A stretch of 64,000 nt of DNA from Ramazzottius varieornatus (Eukaryota > Animalia > Tardigrada). The stretch covers positions 1,663,624-1,727,623 of the forward strand of contig BDGG01000009.1 in assembly GCA_001949185.1 (NCBI GenBank). The letters are read 5' to 3'. The translations under genes and the position numbers were made by a program. Under the pieces are notes generated by a model. The model was given only the letters and a program-made list of their open reading frames with translations. It was not told the DNA's origin and did not search any database. Positions 11,635 through 24,618 of the stretch are shown here, in pieces; within the stretch, counting starts at the first letter, position 1, and each line of letters opens with the position of its first letter.

Positions 11635-14102
11635 ATGACGGTGTCCTGTTGTCTGAAATATCCGTTTCCGGTTATCCTTCCTGTCTGGTTCGCCTGCTTG
11701 GAGCGTCAGGTCTCTTCACAACTTGTGGAACTCTTGGGCGAACAACAACTTATGAACTACTGCGGACATCTTTCCAGAAGACTGCTGCCCTCTAAGAGCG
11801 CATTTTGGCGGAATATACGCCCGACAGGTACCTAAGAGATTGCGCTAGCATCTCTGGTTAAACTGTTCATGAGGCATAACTGGTTCATTGTCTGCAGTAG
11901 AATGCTTCGCTCTGTGTTTACATCAGAAAGTGTACGTTGGGGTTTGTGGTTGCAGGTAAGCGTATCGGCTGATGGGGTTTGCTAGTCATCCAGCGCCAAC
12001 TACATCTGCCTCTGCTGAGAATGTCAGCGCGAGAAGCCCTCTCCCAGGTGGACTGCACCAAGGCAAATGCCACAGGAACACTGCGAGATTCCTGCAACAA
12101 GGACAGCATACATGCGTGGACTGTAGATCTGTGCATGAAGGCTTTACAAGAAATCTGTAGCACACCAGTTAGCAATGGAACACAGTCAGACCGGCCATCC
12201 AAGCTGGAGGTATGGGGTTATGGAGGCCTCTTCGTCCTGCTGGTCTCCCTCTCGTCCGTCGTCGGTGTCTTCTTCCTGCCCCTGATGAAGATGGAGTCGT
12301 ACAAGAAGGTGCTGATGGGCATGGTTGGCTTGGCTGTCGGCTGTCTGTGTGGCAGTGCCATCTTCCACTTGATACCTCAAGCCTTCCAGCTGCCTGACGA
12401 GACCGTCCCCGAACTGGAAGCCTACTTGTTCAAAGCTCTGGTCATCATCGCGGCTATCTACGCTTTCTTCTTGACGGAGAGACTGCTGAAGTTGTCGGTG
12501 GACCATCGTAAGCGAAAGAAGCAGCTAAGCCGCAGTCGACTGAGTGGCATCGCGCGAGAAAGCTCACCGGGAAACGATACCAAGGTTTGGCAGAGTTTTG
12601 CGAGCCTGCATACCCATTGAGCGCGTTTGCATAGGGTTTGCAGTATGCAGGTGGATGATAGTTGATGTCAAATGGTGTTTCATGAACCTGCATACCCTAT
12701 CTTGCACGGGTTCACCTGCGTGCTTGTATGCAGGTGTGCGAATGGGAAAGAGTGATTTGTTTGATTCTCTCTTTAGGTATATTCGTCGAGCAATGGTGGG
12801 CATTTGGAGGATTACGGTCACTCGCACCTCCACGATCCCCTCAAGCTGGGCAACGGACACGGAGAAACCATGTCGGACGATTCGTTTGACGAGACACGTG
12901 GCCAGCACTGTAGCAATATCCACGTCAAGATTCCACCTTCGGAAGTGCGGACCCACCAGCACGAACATGACTTTGACACAGTGGAACTAAAATCGCATCC
13001 GATTAAGACGGTGGCTTGGATGGTTATCACCGGAGATGGCATGTAAGATTAACAGCCATGGCTAAACCCGCTAACCTTCGCCATGAAACCATTTTAAGCA
13101 CCGTGTTTCTTTTCTTCTCTTCCAGTCATAACTTGTAAGTCGAGGGAGAGCAAAGTCCCACCGGAAATGGAAATTACTGAGTCAAGAACATGATTCGTCA
13201 TTCATGATTTCGGAGTTCTGCAGGCGAACTCGGCCGGATCGTTTTCCAAGTGGCGCATAATGTTCGCCAATAATACTGGTAACGTGCGCCACTTGGAAAA
13301 ACGATCTTTTCGACTTTGTTTGCCGAGCTCCCAGTAATAAGTTGCTTAATTACTGGTCGTTCCTTCTTTATCGTAGCGTGGATGGTTTGGCAATGGGGGC
13401 AGCTTTTTCCGTGTCTCTGCTGGAAGGCATTTCGGTGTCGATCGCCGTCTTGTGCGAGGAACTGCCGCACGAACTGGGAGACTTGGCCATCCTGCTGAAT
13501 TCTGGAATGAAACTAAAGAAGGCCCTGCTGTACAACTTTATATCGGCCTGTACCTGCTTCATAGGACTGATTGTGGGCATTCTCTTGGGCGGAATGGAAG
13601 AAGCCCAGACGTGGATCTTCGCGCTGGCCGGAGGAATGTTCTTGTACATTAGCCTCGTCGACATGGTAGGTGATGAGTGCCGTCAGAAAGATGTGTGACG
13701 TCGGCAAATGACTTCACCCACATTGATTCTCCCAAGTGGCGCACGCTTTGAGCTGAAAATAATGATGACGTGCGCCACTTGCGAAGACAATCGAGCTCAA
13801 CCAGATCGTTTTTCAAAGTGGCGCGCGCTCTCACCTAGTAACACTGAGAACGTGCGCCACTTGAGATGACGGTCTGAATGAAAGAACTTGCTGGCATTCC
13901 GTTTGTTCTTCTTCTCATTAAAGACAGTGGTTTTATGTTGCAGCTTCCGGAAATGACACACACGGCGGAAGAAGCCAGCAGCGAGAGCTTTAAGAGCGGC
14001 ATGATCATGCTTGGCATCCAGAATGTGGGCATGCTGTCGGGCTTCACCATCATGTTCCTCTTGGCGCGCTATGCCAGGGACATTACTTTCGAGAAAACGT
14101 GA
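11635..14102 (+). CDS. ZIP (SLC39, LIV-1 subfamily) zinc/metal transporter, ZIP8/ZIP14-like; N-terminal exons uncertain
   Basis: [20 protein letters not shown], His-rich loop, [20 protein letters not shown] (spliced), and the [10 protein letters not shown] motif typical of ZIP8/14. Confidence 0.9.
13126..13134 (+). other. 9-nt coding micro-exon of the ZIP gene
   Basis: ttcttctcttccag|TCATAACTT|gtaagt; joining ggc-at|t-cat-aac-tt|c-gtg restores GDGIHNFVDG. Confidence 0.9.
13213..13330. repeat. Intronic palindromic element, monomer, ZIP intron 13135-13376
   Basis: gatcgttttccaagtggcgcat-25nt-gtgcgccacttggaaaaacgatc...tttgccgagctc. Confidence 0.9.
13700..13895. repeat. Intronic palindromic element, tandem dimer, ZIP intron 13666-13943
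   Basis: Two consecutive aagtggcgc...gtgcgccacttg units. Confidence 0.85.
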
Positions 14103-14462
14103 GGCCCGTCAAGGCCGGAAGTTGGACCGATGGAACGAAGCCGTTTGCAGTGAATGAAGTGAACACGTATCCTGTGATACGTCTCTCAGTGTGGACGGAG
14201 GTGAAGTAAGTGAAGTCTGAGACTAAGTTAATTTGAAATTGCTCTGTGTTCTCTGGTGGGACCTCGATACCTGAAATTTCTCCTTCCTCTAAATTCTTAA
14301 CTCTTTTGTTTACTCGTTTATTCATTACGATACGACCTTATCTATTTGTAATGCTCTACCTTTCTTCCCTTCAGTTTTTACTTTTATTTATTGGGATTTC
14401 TGCTATATTGCGGGCCAAGTCAATACAATAAAGTATACCAAAGTGTGGTGTGGTAGATGGCG

Positions 14463-16090
14463 TCATACCAACACTTTGGGAAGATGCTTTTTATAACGTT
14501 GATCGGGGTCCATGGAAAAGACTTTGGTACCGCGATCGACGACCCAGTCAATAACGTCTTTCTCAGCTTCTGGAAGGAAGGTGCCTTGGCGAAGATCGAC
14601 GGCACGCTTATCCATCTCTAAGCACTTTTGCTTTCGATCAAGATCGAGCTCCACTCTGTGCAGTTGCTCACTTAAATCGTTCCATCGACTCCTACACAGA
14701 TGCATGCTGGAGTTGGCAGCACTAGGCGAAAAGGCAGAAAAAGAGAAGGCTATGCAAACCGGAGCTCTGTTATCTTTTGGAAGAGTCCTTCGCGAGAATG
14801 GCGATGGTTACTGGCTTCCAAGAGGAGGCCTTCTTGTGCAATGTCCATAGACAGTTCGTTGTTGGGTCGCTGGTTCCTGTTCTCCAGACGAGTATGACAC
14901 AGTTTCTTCCAGGGCAGAACGTCTTCGTGTCCTTTTTCTGTGGCGTGGATATCGTTCTCCACCGCTTTCAGTTCCGTCACTAGCTACACAAAGTACAGGC
15001 GCCTCAAGCCAGGTCCATCCATGCTAGCTGCCTTGCTGAACACTTACATTTTGTCGGTTGTGCTCCAGTCTTCGGGCGGCTTGCAGGGTGTCGTGATACC
15101 TCTTGCGGTATGCAAAGTCGGTGGCATGAATTTTGGTGTCGAAATCATGCATGACTTTGGAGAAGAGTGCGGTAATGTTGTTGCGCAAGACTGTGGACCT
15201 ATCCAGCAACTTGGCGGCCAGCCGGATGTACTCCAGACTGTGCTCCAGCCAGCCGCGCATCGTCTTCATTCTGTAACAGGTTAACCGACTTGACCTCTTG
15301 ACGGGTTAATTTTCAGGGACTGCAGACTGCAGAAGTAAGGTTTGGAGCTGCGGTCAGTCATACTTACCTACCCTTTGGGAGTACGAAGGATATGGGGCTT
15401 GAGCGAAAGACCATAGGAGGCTGTACTTAGGGCCAACTGGGCCTGGTCCGTATTAAGTGTTTGGTCCTTATCTTCAAGGTCTTTGGTCAGCAGGTGCTGG
15501 CAGTTTTGAAGGTCTTCTTGCACTTTAATGGCTTCCTGAATTTTCCTCTCTAGTTCCCGGCGAATGAAAGCCGCCAGCTCTTGCTCCTGAAAGAGAGCAT
15601 TGTACCACAGGTGTCATTTTTAGGCAGATGAGATGTAACCAGTAGAGTGTGCGGGAGTACCTGTATGGACATGCTGGCTTCTTACCTGGCAAAGTCTTCC
15701 CTCTACTTCGTCGTGGACGTTATTAATGCCTTCTCGAGCGTCACACAAGGTTTGACATTCGCCAATGACGTTCATGATGAGCTCGTGGCGGTTGGTCAGG
15801 CCTCGATCAAGCCGGTCCTTGGAGGCTTGCAGGTTAGCGCGTTCGGCCTGCACCAGATCAAACATCTCCTGCAAGCGCGTGCGGATAGCCTTGACATGAT
15901 CAATGCGGTCCTTGAGGCGCATCCGGTTGTCGTGTTCATCCCAGGCCGTCCTCAGCTTGACTTCCTGCCGCAGCCATCCCGCAGCTGCACGCTCGTAGAT
16001 ACCCTTGTGCCGCAGGTCGTCACTGGCACGTTCGATGTTACGATCAAACTGCTCCAGCTCAGCCGGCAAATACCCATGATCTTCAGTCAT
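14463..16090 (-). CDS. Tektin-family axonemal coiled-coil protein
   Basis: KLCHTRLENRNQRPNNELSMD resembles the tektin RPNVELCRD signature; coiled-coil exons; ELDLDRKQKCLEMD. Confidence 0.85.
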
Positions 16091-16447
16091 TTTCACAGCT
16101 CCAACAGCGGTATTCAACCAACTCACAATCACAAACTACCCTACAGGTAAAGCGTGACACTTCAGACACACACTAAGATTGGAAATGCCTGGAAACCATT
16201 TCACGCAGCACGCATAATAATCATTGATGGATTTGCATATTCATGGAAAGACGGCAAAAATCCGCAAGCGAGCTAGGTGATATTTGTCTAAAGAGCAAAC
16301 TGGCGCTAATGGTCCTCATGAATAATTCAGACTTTGGAATGTCAAATCAAATGTAAAATCTGTCATTAAATTCTAAGCAGCGGCAAGTTTTCATCAAAAG
16401 ACACAAGTGAGATCACCGTTGATGGGCACGATCAGGGAGCAGCCTCC

Positions 16448-19400
16448 TTAGAAAATGTCCGGACAAGCAGTCCAGTTTCGCGACCAATACTGTCCATTGA
16501 AAGTCCAGTCTTCCAGACCGGTCACCGGGTTCTTACGCATACTGAACCACGTCGGCGTCCAGTCTTGCTCTTCACCACGTTTCAAACGCTTGCTGGCTGC
16601 TCGTTGCTTCTCCTCCAGGCGGTTCTTCTCAGAAGACGCCCCGTCTACCAAAACATGACACATTAACCCCGAAAGGCCACAAAGAATCTGGACAAAACTG
16701 TTTACCCAAGCGGCGCACCTTTTCCGTGTTATTGGCTGAAAACGTGCGCCACTTCGGGAAAACCATCTTGTCCAGTTTCATTGTCTTCCCCAGTGGCGCA
16801 CGTCTTTATTGTGATTGGCCGTAAGTGTGCGGCACTTGCAGCAACGATTGAGTAAGTAATCATTTTGCCACGTCGCAACTACGGAAACACAGTTTAGAAA
16901 ATAAGGGGCCTGTTGCTTACCTAAATCTCCGTTTTCCAGCGCTCTGACATCGGGTCGCAGTCGAGTGTCGGTGGGAGCAATCTGCCGCTTGGTCTCTTGG
17001 TCCAGCTCGTTCAACGCCATGGCAAACAAGGAGAAGCCGAAATACTGGAGAAAAAGAAGCGTCAAGAGGTATGGTGAAGTGAAGTCATCAAGTTCTACTG
17101 TACCTGGTTGGTGTAGGGCGGTCGCGGGTCAATCTTCCACAGCAGACGGGAAGCAGCTGGGCTTTCCAGTGCCCCATCTGACGGTGCTGTCTTGTCAGAG
17201 TCTGCTGAATCGGGGACATCTTCTTCCATGCCAGCATCGAAGCTGTGGTCATTGGCTCTGCGCCTTGAGCCTTCTCGATCGACAGACTGCGTCCGATGTC
17301 GATCGACAGAAGCGGCTTTGATGGAGGACTTTTTGAAGAACTGCTCAAACTCTTGTACTTCAGCGCATCGAAGGTACTGCGTCCACTTGCCAAAGACCGC
17401 TTTCACCTGCTTCTTACTATAAAGTGATAACCACAAATTTCCCCCATAGCCCTCATTAGAAAGCCAGCTGAAAGAACAACGACTGACCTCTTGTCGAGGA
17501 CATAGCCACTGACTCGATGCAGCTCTTTGTTGGACCAACTGGAAGGCAGGAAGTTCAGCACAACCGACAGACCCGTCGTATGGTTCATAATCTCCATCGT
17601 ACCATACTACAAGCATGACAGTGCCCTTTCAGTATCGCGGCTATTTTATCTCGAAAAACCATTCGTGTGGACCAGATGGAAACAAGTTCCAACATCAATC
17701 ATACAGGCGGAATTCAACAACAGAAAAGATGGCTGACCTGTTCTATCCACAGCTTTCCAACGATGATGTTGTTGACATAGCAGTTCATATTGGACCAGGT
17801 GTAGGTTTCCTTGTAGCTAAAAAAGTCATCATTCACTATGTGAAATGGGCGGAGGCGACACTGTTGGGCTGACCGTTTGAGTTCGAGGGTGACGGTTCCC
17901 TTGGGTTGAATCTCGATGGACTTTCCCCAGAACTTGAGCTTTGGGAGGATGGAGCCGTAGAAATGCCAGTTGTCGGTGGCGGCATCAAAGGCGGAAACGG
18001 GCGGGTGATGACTGACTTGTTCACTAACCATGTGGTAGCCCAGTTCCGGCCTACATCAAAGGCACATTGAGCCTCCCTTTAATCAAGCTTTTCTCTCATC
18101 AGAAAAGACCGTGACCCCACCGCGATAGTTCAAAGGTTTCTCCCAAGAGAGGATTGAATGGCTTCCCAATCCTATCGGCGTTTGAGGCGCATGAGGAAAC
18201 GGCAAAAGCCGATACCAGCATGGCCCGATCGATTGCGTCTTGGCACATTGCCGCCTTCAAGACACAGTTAAGTTGGTGAAAACATGCCTGGTTATATGGT
18301 AAACATACATCAAATGCAGCATCAAGTGCTCCCACACAACCCCCTGTGGAAGTGCCTGGCTGAATATATAACATTTGTGACAGTGCTGTACCTGATCCAA
18401 GAGATGGGCGTATTCCATGTACTCACTCATCCGCTGCAGGAAGCTTAGCGGCTCGTTGAAGACAACCGGCATGGTGATTTTTGACAGGTCCTACAAAGAA
18501 TAAGATCAATTTACCCCAAATGACAGCCGCGATTACAACATCAAATACCAGGAGATGCCTTGAGACGTTAATGGAAAGAAAGAGAACTGACCTTGCCAAT
18601 GCATTGCTTGAGCACGCTCCACACACTGAAGTTGGCTCTGGAAAACTGCGCCACAGGAAGGATTGTCCTGCAAAAGAACAAGTCCCGTCACTAGACACCA
18701 ACATTACTCAGCTTTGACACTATTGTGTCAGCAAGGCGTATCGTGGCGCAAACCGCAAAGCTCGCCAAACGAACTCCACCACATTGCTCTGCCCAATGGC
18801 GCACTTTCTTGGCCATATCGGCTGACAAAGTGCGCCGCTGGGAAAAACAACCTGGTGGAGTTCCTTTGCCCAGCTCCTCAAAACAGAAACTTCCTCTGCG
18901 GAGGAAATAAAACAGGATTATGCCCATTAGATGCAATCGTAAATGGTAAAAGACAGATTGATGGAAAAAGTTTGCGCATGCTATCGGCCAGCTAATAGAC
19001 ACTGAAGAGCCCTATCGCCTTAATTAATAGAGGATACCTTCGTTGGAAAAAATGGCCGTTTAGAGCCATTTGGCCAGGAAATCACAGGCCAACATCAAGC
19101 TTGGCTCTAACTTGTATAATATCCGTCAGGAGCTGTTGCAGTTAAGCGCGCATCTTACAAACACGTCGAAGGGGGGCTGGAGTGTCAAGCAAACAGGCCA
19201 TAAAAGAGATCAGTGGAGGGGAAGAGGCGTCGTGACAGAGACCTGGGGCTGCAAACCACACAAAAGCTGCCAGCCATCTCTCACCCGCTTCTGCAACACC
19301 CACACAAAACACGGCGACCGGCCAAGCCGCAAATGGGAGGGAAAAAATCGATGTCCTCTCTATACCGCTCCTTTTTAAGCCACTAAGATTTTGTGAATGG

Positions 19401-22400
19401 GTTGTTTGTGTCTGTGTGTGTGTCTTTATGCTGTTGGCTAGCCAGCCACTCAGTCAAATCTCTTTCGAAAGGCCTTTGATAATAGGGCAGATACTGCATC
19501 TCCATCTCCTCTTGTATTCCCCCTGGTGACATAACTATATTATGACGCCACATTTTACTTTAGCCACGTTAATCTTTTTCTAATAGCCCACCACTTGAAA
19601 GTTAACTGGCCAAACGCCAAATTTGACTTCCCTCCCTTCCCTACCACATGATCTAGGGCGCTTATTATGCCGTCTTTCCCTTTCACCCAAATTTCATTTT
19701 TAAGCACCACATTCTTACATACCTGCCACCAAACTTGGAGCGTACTACAGCTCTGGCATTGCCGTTGGGTGTATTGTGTCCGTTTACTGGGTTGGCCAGC
19801 AAAATGTCAGCATTGACAAGATCGCCCATCATTGCCGACGATACAGCTTCTGTTGATGAAAAAACACAAAATGGTCAAACGGCGCTATGCTCATGCCAGG
19901 CGAAAGTCTTGCTAGGACAAAGAGTGAAGAGATGGTTGTAGGGATGCGCTGGCAGTGAGTGCACATGTAGCGGAGAAATCAATCTTGGGCGTCAAGTTGG
20001 AAAAGTGCCATCATTCATTTCAAGAAGGGTTGGTAGCGCACGCGATGAGAACGTGCGGTACAAGATAGCTAGACACATTAACTGCTTGCTGTTATTGATA
20101 GAGTAGTGCATATCTGCCATTTCAACAGCCATAGCACACTCACATCGCTTCCAGCAATATGTCAAGCAAGCCCGTCGTCAACACATGACATCGCGAGCTC
20201 CCGCACAAACGGCAGGTTCGTTATACGCCACTCCATGCTTCGCTAATGACGTAACTTGACGATTCGGACATGCACCCATTATTGTATAGGATAAATGTAC
20301 TTTAGTGGATACTACCTGTCTTGTCTTCATCGAAACTCGATTCCTGAAAGTCGTCATCATCGTCGGGGATATCTGGGTTGGAAGTGCTGTCTTCGGCTGA
20401 ACCTAGGTCTTCCAAGTCTGCCACTGACTGAGGAGGCGAGAAGTAGACGGAGTTGCCGCTGGACAAGGAGCCGCCCTTGTAGCTCAAGTGCTCTACCGAG
20501 TTGAGGACGGCCTCGTGCTGCGTCGCCAGCACTTCCAGGGCGTTCTCCAGCACCCGACACCGTTCCCGCTCCTCCACCAACTGCTGCAACCTTGTCTGAA
20601 ACCATATCAGCACCATCAGTCCCCTAACTGCCATAAGGTTACATTATCCATTTCAGCAGACTGCGCCGAGAGAAACCTAGCCAGTTACACATAAGACCTG
20701 CGCAAAGGACTACAACAAGATGCTTCTGTCAAGTGGCAGACCTATTCAGTGTAACCAGTTGCAAAGGTGCGCCGGTGGGAGACGGCGAACAAACTCTTGT
20801 CCAAGCGAGGCACGCTTCCAGCTCATAAGAGGGAAAGAAGCGCCACTTGCAAAAGCCCTCTTGTCCAGTTTGTCTGCCAGGTCTCTCTCAAATGATAACA
20901 ACAGAAAGATGATTGATTGTCTGGGTGGATCAGTAACATTAAGAGAAGACAACTGTCGGCTGACCTTGTCCTGTTCGCGAACCAGATCCAGGCATTGTTG
21001 AAGGGAGGCGTAGGTATCATCGGCAGCCTTGTTGACTTCCACGACGTCGGGTGACGCTGACTGTCCGAGGGTACTGGCACTCCGTTGTAGCGAGGTGGAA
21101 AGTCGACTGCTGGCGGGTTTGGACAGGGCAACCAGCGCGGCGATCTTTTGCTTTGTCTGCTGGAAGGACTGCTCGATAGCCGGTAGGCAAGTGGCTACCT
21201 TGTCCGACACCTCGGCACTGCCCATGTAAAAGTTGCTGTAGGCCACATGCTCGTTGATCAGCTTCAGCCAGTGCTAGCGTGCACAAATGGTCAGAACCAA
21301 GCGGTTGAAGATAGAAATCACCAAGGTAGAGCAGCCCACTTACCTCACGCTGTTTGCTATCGGCGCTCTTTAGCACACGCAGGTGGAATGTTGTGCCGTC
21401 AGAGAATCTGACGTAAAAGTCATGCCATCGCCGACCAGCCTGCAGAACAAAGTTACAAAGGGCTGGAAGCGGAGGGAATATTGTCAGCGAATCAGCAGAG
21501 CGAAACTAACGGTTGCTTGTGCTCCATCCAAGTGCTTGTAAGCCCTTCTGCACTGCTCTTTGTCGGCATCCTTCCTGAAAAGGACAAGGCATGACTCAGC
21601 ACTAAGCACATTACGATGAAGCGCAACAAGCGGATGGTGATATAGGCCTACTTGGTTTTGTAGAAGGAGATGGTTCCTTTGTTCAGACAAACCCAGTGCT
21701 TGCGCCAGTTCCACAAGCGAGTGCTCTGCAAAACAACAACAGACCAAGGTCAATTGGTAGGATGTCTAGCCAAACGTCGCTGACGACTCTCCTTATTCCT
21801 TCGCAATAGCTTCCCAGTAAAGGCCGCAAGTTTGGGGGGAACATACTTTCAGCAGTGGGCCCTGCATAAAGGGGCATTCGGGAAGGGCTTTCTTTGCCGG
21901 CTTGATTTCCAGGATTTTCTGCATCTGCTCGCTGACGACGAAATCGATACACGTTCGACCTGTGTGAAAGAATGATGGCTATGCCTCTTCGATCAAGAGA
22001 AGGATGACCAGCATTTGGTACTTTCCCCCGTGGTACCCACAATAAGGTACATTTGAACCCCATAAAAAAGGTTCATGTAGTGTAAACAAGGCATAAAGCT
22101 TGAACAAGCTTACCACCCGCGTTTTTACGATGTGGATCGGCTCCATGTTGCAGTAGCAAAGTAGCTGCTTCTTTCTGGTCACACTGCGCCGCATGATGTA
22201 AGGCCGTATTGCCGTCGACATCGGCGGTTTGTAGATGGGGTGGACCAGGGCCATTCAGCGTGGTGCGGATAAGCTCGAGATTGCCATTGCGACAGGCCGA
22301 GAAAAAGGAGACCAGCTGGCGTTTCCTGTGAATATCTTCCACATCTACCGACATTTCATGTGATCGGCAACAGCGCATTCTTGATGGGGGTGTATAATGG

Positions 22401-23034
22401 AATGGTTAGTAATTACGGTCATGTGGGCTTTTACCTTTCAACAATGCACGAATATCATTGTCTTCAGCCACGTCACTGGCTTTTTTCCCGCGGTCATCTA
22501 CAGCGAACAACGACAGCGACCGATCGGCAAGGAGCTGCACAACCTCTTTGCGGCCAGTCAGCGCAGCTTTGTGTAACGGCGTCTCGCCATGACTATTACG
22601 AATGTCGACATCAATGTTTGAATCACCTAAAAGCAACTTGACCACTTCCAAATGCCCAAAGTACGCAGCCACATGCAGAGCAGCAGAACCACGGTCCCAT
22701 TTCATGGCACCTACAACAAAAAAGATAAGATATGTCATTATCTGCCAACGACACCTACCATTCATGGCTCAATCTCCTCCTACCTACCCAGATGGTTGAC
22801 ATTCAGGTTAATTTCCTTGCGATACTTTGCGCCCAGTAAATCAGCCACAGCTGCCGCATTTCCAATGCGCGCATTGTAGATGAGGGCTTCGTTGTCGTCC
22901 CTGTTGCTGGCCTTGAAGGAAGGCGTTGGGGAGTGTAGAACCGAGTCCCGACGGTGGTCTGGCCAGTCAGGATTGCTGACGAAAGATCCCAGCTCCGAGC
23001 TGTCGTCCAGGGAAGATATCTGGAAGCTCTGCAT
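16448..23034 (-). CDS. OSBPL1A: Oxysterol-binding protein-related protein, ORP1L-like (ankyrin repeats, PH domain, acidic FFAT-like tract, ORD)
   Basis: Ankyrin motifs [32 protein letters not shown]; PH GPLLK...[16 protein letters not shown]; [38 protein letters not shown]. Start codon uncertain. Confidence 0.9.
16688..16850. repeat. Intronic palindromic element, tandem dimer, OSBPL intron 16645-16920
   Basis: caagcggcgcac...gtgcgccactt, then cagtggcgcac...gtgcggcacttg. Confidence 0.85.
18759..18876. repeat. Intronic palindromic element, monomer, large OSBPL intron
   Basis: gaactccacca (18771-18781) pairs with tggtggagttc (18853-18863); core ggcgcacttt...aaagtgcgcc. Confidence 0.85.
20697..20882. 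repeat. Intronic palindromic element, degenerate dimer, OSBPL intron 20596-20964
   Basis: caagtggcagac...gtgcgccggt, then caagcgaggcac...gcgccacttg...gtttgtctgcc. Confidence 0.7.
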
Positions 23035-23620
23035 GGTCCTTGTGTTGCTCGACGCCTCCGCGGTCCGCTTCAGCGCGCAACAAGCCTCTGCAAAGGCGAG
23101 TTTCTTTGCGTAGTCAGTACAACTGATCAACAAGTTGATGAGGTAGTACAGAACGATGGCTCATAAATCTCTTCCGGCCATAGCCATGATCCCCGTAAGC
23201 AATGAGATTCAATGAGGCGTAGGGATAGATCTCCTCCAGGCTCCAGGTTTCGACTTCCGAGCTTTGAAGCCATAGCCCATAGCTCTGTTTCTAGAACACC
23301 AGACAATCAAGCTTTGTAAATCAAGCGAGAGATCAATGGTGTGCTTCTGTACCGTTTGTATGTACAAGTACGTTAAAACCCTTGCGATATCGCCAAAAGG
23401 TCTGGATTCTCCACACACCTTGCTATTGCACGTGCAACGCCTCAGTTTTGGGGCTATACTGGCAAGCCGTCCTGTACAATCTCTCAGTCTTGTCGGTTTC
23501 TTCCGGTGAGTCGGTGAGCTGACTTCGGAGAACTCTTCGACTGAAGTCACTGTATTGGGAAGATCATCAAGAGTTCCTTCCTCAAGACAATTTCTGGTTT
23601 TCCTGCAAAGTGTTGATAAG

Positions 23621-24394
23621 ATGGGTCGCTATAGTCGAGATGCGGACAATATCTCCCAGGCCTGCAAGGCCAGGGGAACGGATATGCGCGTCCACTTCAA
23701 GAACACCCGGGAAGCTGCTCGTGCCATCAAGGGGATGACTTTGAGGAGAGCCACTGCCTACCTGAAGAACGTCGTCGAGAAGAAGGAGATCATTCCTTAC
23801 CGTCGTTTCACAGGACACGTCGGACGGAAAGGACAGGTAAGAGGATTTGAGCTCATGGAAGGTGGAATATGACACCCGTTTGAATCTGTGATACCCTCAA
23901 TCAAACGACTGATTATTAGTATGCTCAGCCTTGATTCGTTTGTCGTTTCCAGGCTAAACAATTCGGAGCTACTCAGGGAAGATGGCCCAAGAAGAGCGCA
24001 ACCTTTCTTCTGGATCTGTTACGCAACGCAGAGTCGAATGGAGAATACAAGTCTCTTAACATCGAGAATCTGGTTGTGGACCACATTCAGATAAATCGCG
24101 CACCAAAAATGCGTCGTCGCACTTACCGTGCTCACGGACGCATCAATCGTAAGTTGCTTTTCGCCGGTCGAACGAATATCCATGCACAGTTTGATCATTT
24201 CCTTGTGCCTAATATGGTTTTTAAGGGCTATTCCTATTTGTCTAGCTTTCTTGAGCTCTCCGTGTCATATGGAGCTGATCCTCGTCGAGAAGGAAGGAGC
24301 CGTTCCCAAACCATCGTCTGCCGTGTCCGAGAAGCCCAAGAAGAAAGAGTCCAAGAAGAAAATGGCCAGGAAGAAGGCCGCCGATAGGGACTAA
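23621..24394 (+). CDS. RPL17: 60S ribosomal protein L17 (uL22), 3 exons
   Basis: MGRYS...[44 protein letters not shown]; exons 23621-23836, 23953-24148, 24246-24394. Confidence 0.98.
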
Positions 24395-24618
24395 ACGTCG
24401 TTACTCTGTGAACGCCTTGTGCGTTCTTTTTGATCAGTGGTAGTTTGTGAGCCTTTCTGTCAGCGCGTCAAAATTCTTCTAAATTTTCATACGAATTTTA
24501 ACTGCTGATTGGTGAGCAGACTACGCATTAACGAGTAAAACAAAACCTTATAACAGAATCGCTCGGGTGGTATCATAAGGAGTTTAAACTAATTAATCAC
24601 ACGAGGGAGAAATGAAAA

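Noticed and set aside
13700-13895. Repeat-spacer-repeat pattern suggesting a CRISPR array or bacterial REP/attC sites
   Set aside because: The repeats are inverted, the loops are homologous to each other, at most two units occur together, the context is spliceosomal introns, and there is no cas or integrase gene.
18600-18670. ctgcgccacagg as another element copy
   Set aside because: It lies in OSBPL coding sequence ([22 protein letters not shown]) and has no partner arm.
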